Of a DNA stretch of 17,862 bases, positions 15,161 to 17,862 are shown one piece after another. The notes below the pieces were generated by a model. It made no database searches. It worked only from the letters and a program-made list of their open reading frames with translations, and was not told where the DNA came from. The stretch is from Thermotogota bacterium (GTDB taxonomy: Bacteria; Thermotogota; Thermotogae; Petrotogales; Petrotogaceae). The stretch's first letter is position 1. Each line of letters begins with the position of its first letter. The stretch spans positions 17,295 to 35,156 of the forward strand of contig JBNJGY010000019.1 in NCBI GenBank assembly GCA_051748045.1. The letters are read 5' to 3'. A program made the position numbers and the translations under genes.

Positions 15161-17157
15161 TAAATTAAATCATGTAAAGATATATTTTTATAATTAGATT
15201 GATATGGAGAAAGCACAATTCTTTCATTAAATTTTTCTTGCCATAATTTTTCGAATATTTTTTTAAATTTTTCAAAATTTTTGTTATGCTTCTCTAATTC
15301 TTCAGTGGTTAAAGAATCTTTTTCTATCTTTTTAAGCTTAATGTTTTTGATTATTTCGTATATTTCAGGGAAATGATTCAATTCAAAAGATAAATTCTCT
15401 ATAAAAATATTATATTTGTTAATTTCATTTTTTGATATATATATCTTTTTACTTTTAGTGGTTTTAATTTTTTCTTTTATATATGATAAAAAATCGTTTG
15501 GGAATTTTTTAATTTCTTTTGGTTTGTTTTTAGAATGAATTATTTTTGAATTTGAAAAAATATTCCTGATTTCTTTTGAGATTTGTTCTTTTAGCTCTTT
15601 TTCTAAATTTTCTAAAAATTTTATTATTTTATCATTTCTATCGTTTATATCTATATTTTTAATTGCATATAATTTTTTTGTGTACTCTTCTATTTCATTT
15701 GATTCCGCAAGTAATAAATATATTGAATTTTTGTTTTTTAAAGCTTGTCTTCGAAGTTTTATTTCATTTTCAGAATAAAAAATATCTAAATTATAATCTT
15801 TATTTTTATTAATCAGATTTATGTGGTTGAAAGAGATATTGAATATATTCAAATGTTTTTTATGAGAAATCAAAAAATCTTCAATTAATTCTACAGGGAA
15901 TAAAAATTCAGAATTCTTGGACTGTTTTTCTATATATTTTTGAATATTCATAATTTGTTCAGAAGAAATTCTTGCATGTTTATTTATTATAAATATTTTT
16001 TTGTTTTCTTTTAATTCTTTTAGTTGTTTTTTTGTTTTCTCATTTACTGATTCTATTTTTTCGTTTATTGAAGTATACATGAATTTATTTAAGATGTTTA
16101 TAGGAACACCATAATCTTTATAATAAAATTTTTCAAGGAGATATATTATTTTATAAAGATTATTTTCATTTGTTTCTTTATATAGAATATCAAATAAATC
16201 AGATAAAGTTACCCATTTATAAATTGGTTGATCAAGATATTTATCTTTAATTATTTTATGAATTGTATATATAAGTGTTCTGTTAGATAAATCGTTGTTA
16301 TTGTTCAGTATATTTATTATTAAATCTAATAGATAAGGCTGTATAGGATGATATTTTTGAAATAATAGTTTATTTTCTACGTCGTTATTTAGGTTATAAT
16401 TCATTTTTGTTTTTATATCTGGTGTTTTAAATATTATATTTTCAGAGTTTTCTTCATAAAATTTTTCAATTTCATTAGGATCTTTCTTTTTTAAAACTCT
16501 CTTTGAAAGTACTTCTTTTATATTGTAGTCATTGAAGGATATGTAGTAACTTATTCTATTTCTTATTAATTTTAAATTATCAATATTTTTGATACTGTTT
16601 TGAGTAATAAAGATAAAATTAATTGTTTTAGTTACTACTTCTGATGAATGTATTAACCCTTGTATTTCTAAAGATATATTTTTAATTTTTGAAAAAGATT
16701 CAATTTCATCAAAGACAATAACAACTTTTTTATTAGAGAATTTATTATTTATTTGTTTAAGAATTTCATCAGTGCTTTTTTTTGTTTCTCCTTTTAATAT
16801 TTTATTATTCAATATTTCAGTAAGACTATTGAAGTTTGTATGTAAAGATAGATCTATATTAATTATTTGTAAATTTGAATAAATATTATGTAGTTTTTTT
16901 GGTATATTTTTTGATTTTTGATTTTTATTTATATAGTTCAATATATTAATGAAATGAGATTTTCCTGTTCCATATTTACCATATATGTTTATACCTGTTT
17001 TGTTAGAATTTAAAGCTATTGCTAACTCTTCAAAATTTCTAATTACTTCATCTGTGAAGATGTAGTTTTTTATTAAGGGGTTTTTATCTTCAATTTTTAC
17101 TACATTTTCTGTTTGTTCTTCAAAATGAGACAGAATATCTTTAATTTTTAAAATCAT
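15160..17157 (-). CDS. P-loop ATPase resembling BREX BrxC/PglY (DUF6079/DUF499-like), 665 aa
   Basis: Walker A GKYGTGKSHF (aa 60-69), Walker B VVIVFDE, and ITQ, IKEVLSKRVLKK, YHPIQPY and RTLI in the order expected for BrxC-type ATPases; GGGGG RBS. Confidence 0.7.
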   Translation of the reverse strand: MILKIKDILSHFEEQTENVVKIEDKNPLIKNYIFTDEVIRNFEELAIALNSNKTGINIYGKYGTGKSHFINILNYINKNQKSKNIPKKLHNIYSNLQIINIDLSLHTNFNSLTEILNNKILKGETKKSTDEILKQINNKFSNKKVVIVFDEIESFSKIKNISLEIQGLIHSSEVVTKTINFIFITQNSIKNIDNLKLIRNRISYYISFNDYNIKEVLSKRVLKKKDPNEIEKFYEENSENIIFKTPDIKTKMNYNLNNDVENKLLFQKYHPIQPYLLDLIINILNNNNDLSNRTLIYTIHKIIKDKYLDQPIYKWVTLSDLFDILYKETNENNLYKIIYLLEKFYYKDYGVPINILNKFMYTSINEKIESVNEKTKKQLKELKENKKIFIINKHARISSEQIMNIQKYIEKQSKNSEFLFPVELIEDFLISHKKHLNIFNISFNHINLINKNKDYNLDIFYSENEIKLRRQALKNKNSIYLLLAESNEIEEYTKKLYAIKNIDINDRNDKIIKFLENLEKELKEQISKEIRNIFSNSKIIHSKNKPKEIKKFPNDFLSYIKEKIKTTKSKKIYISKNEINKYNIFIENLSFELNHFPEIYEIIKNIKLKKIEKDSLTTEELEKHNKNFEKFKKIFEKLWQEKFNERIVLSPYQSNYKNISLHDLI

Positions 17158-17178
17158 ATTTTTTTGGTTCCCCCTAGA

Positions 17179-17862
17179 TTAAAAGTTTAATACGGATTTG
17201 AAATAATCAAAAAAGTTATTAGAAGTTTCGTGTATATTAGATAAATCATATTTTTCAAATAGTTTTTGTATTTTTGTTTTATATTTTATTAAATCATCCA
17301 AATCTACTGTAGTTTTTTTGTTTATTTCTAAATTTATAATAAAATCATCTATAGATTTATCTATTCTTTTTGGCGTTAGTTTAGATATATTTTTTAAATT
17401 AACTAAAATATTGAATTTAGTTTTAGGTTCAGCAAAATTGAGAAGATAAGGAGTTTTCTTGAAATATTTAAAATGTTCTTTAGTAAATATTTTGTTTAAA
17501 TATTCTTCTATAGTTTTTTTGAAATAATCTTTTGTAATAAAAGAATCTACATTAAATTCTCTGAGTTTTTTTAATATTGATTTATCACTTGTTTTAATTA
17601 TGTCTTTATCTTTTAATAATTCGCTTATTACTTCATTAACTATAATGAATATGAACTGTTGAACTAAATTTTTATTTTGTGAAAAATCAATTTTATCTAA
17701 TGTTTTCATTATGTCATGACTATTATATCCTTGATTAATGAAACTTCTTGCAATATTTTCATTTAATTTTGTTTTAAATTTATTAATATCATAATTTAAT
17801 TTTAGTTGAGATTCATCTTTTTTATAGATATCAACATAGTCTTTGAATTCTTTCTTAAAGGC
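17179..17862 (-). CDS. Hypothetical protein, C-terminal part; 5' end lies outside the window
   Basis: The frame of the tracked 17179-17709 ORF stays open to the window edge (AFKKEFKDYVDIYKKDESQLKLNY...GYNSHDIMKTLDK), 684 nt in frame, so the ATG at 17709 is probably internal. Confidence 0.75.
   Translation of the reverse strand, partial: AFKKEFKDYVDIYKKDESQLKLNYDINKFKTKLNENIARSFINQGYNSHDIMKTLDKIDFSQNKNLVQQFIFIIVNEVISELLKDKDIIKTSDKSILKKLREFNVDSFITKDYFKKTIEEYLNKIFTKEHFKYFKKTPYLLNFAEPKTKFNILVNLKNISKLTPKRIDKSIDDFIINLEINKKTTVDLDDLIKYKTKIQKLFEKYDLSNIHETSNNFFDYFKSVLNF

Overview
AT-rich bacterial window, most consistent with an anaerobic Thermotogae (Petrotogales-like) genome; the taxonomy is inferred from gene content and protein style. 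Left to right: the 3' end of a REP-associated Y1/HUH transposase (RAYT-like) not in the ORF track; rfbC on the minus strand; a complete lysine fermentation operon (atoD-atoA-kal-kce-kdd-kamA-kamB-kamC-kamD-kamE); argS on the minus strand; a small HMA-fold protein with a degenerate CxxC motif, divergent from a ferritin-like cargo plus family 1 encapsulin operon; and a very AT-rich minus-strand unit with a short BrxC-like P-loop ATPase preceded by an unknown ORF that runs off the window. The most unusual structure is non-coding. A modular repeat family (a covarying hairpin plus four phased heptads, nested with TGTCA...TGACA palindromic elements containing several triloop hairpins) occupies three junctions of the lysine operon, and two ~250 bp direct copies bracket kamDE.
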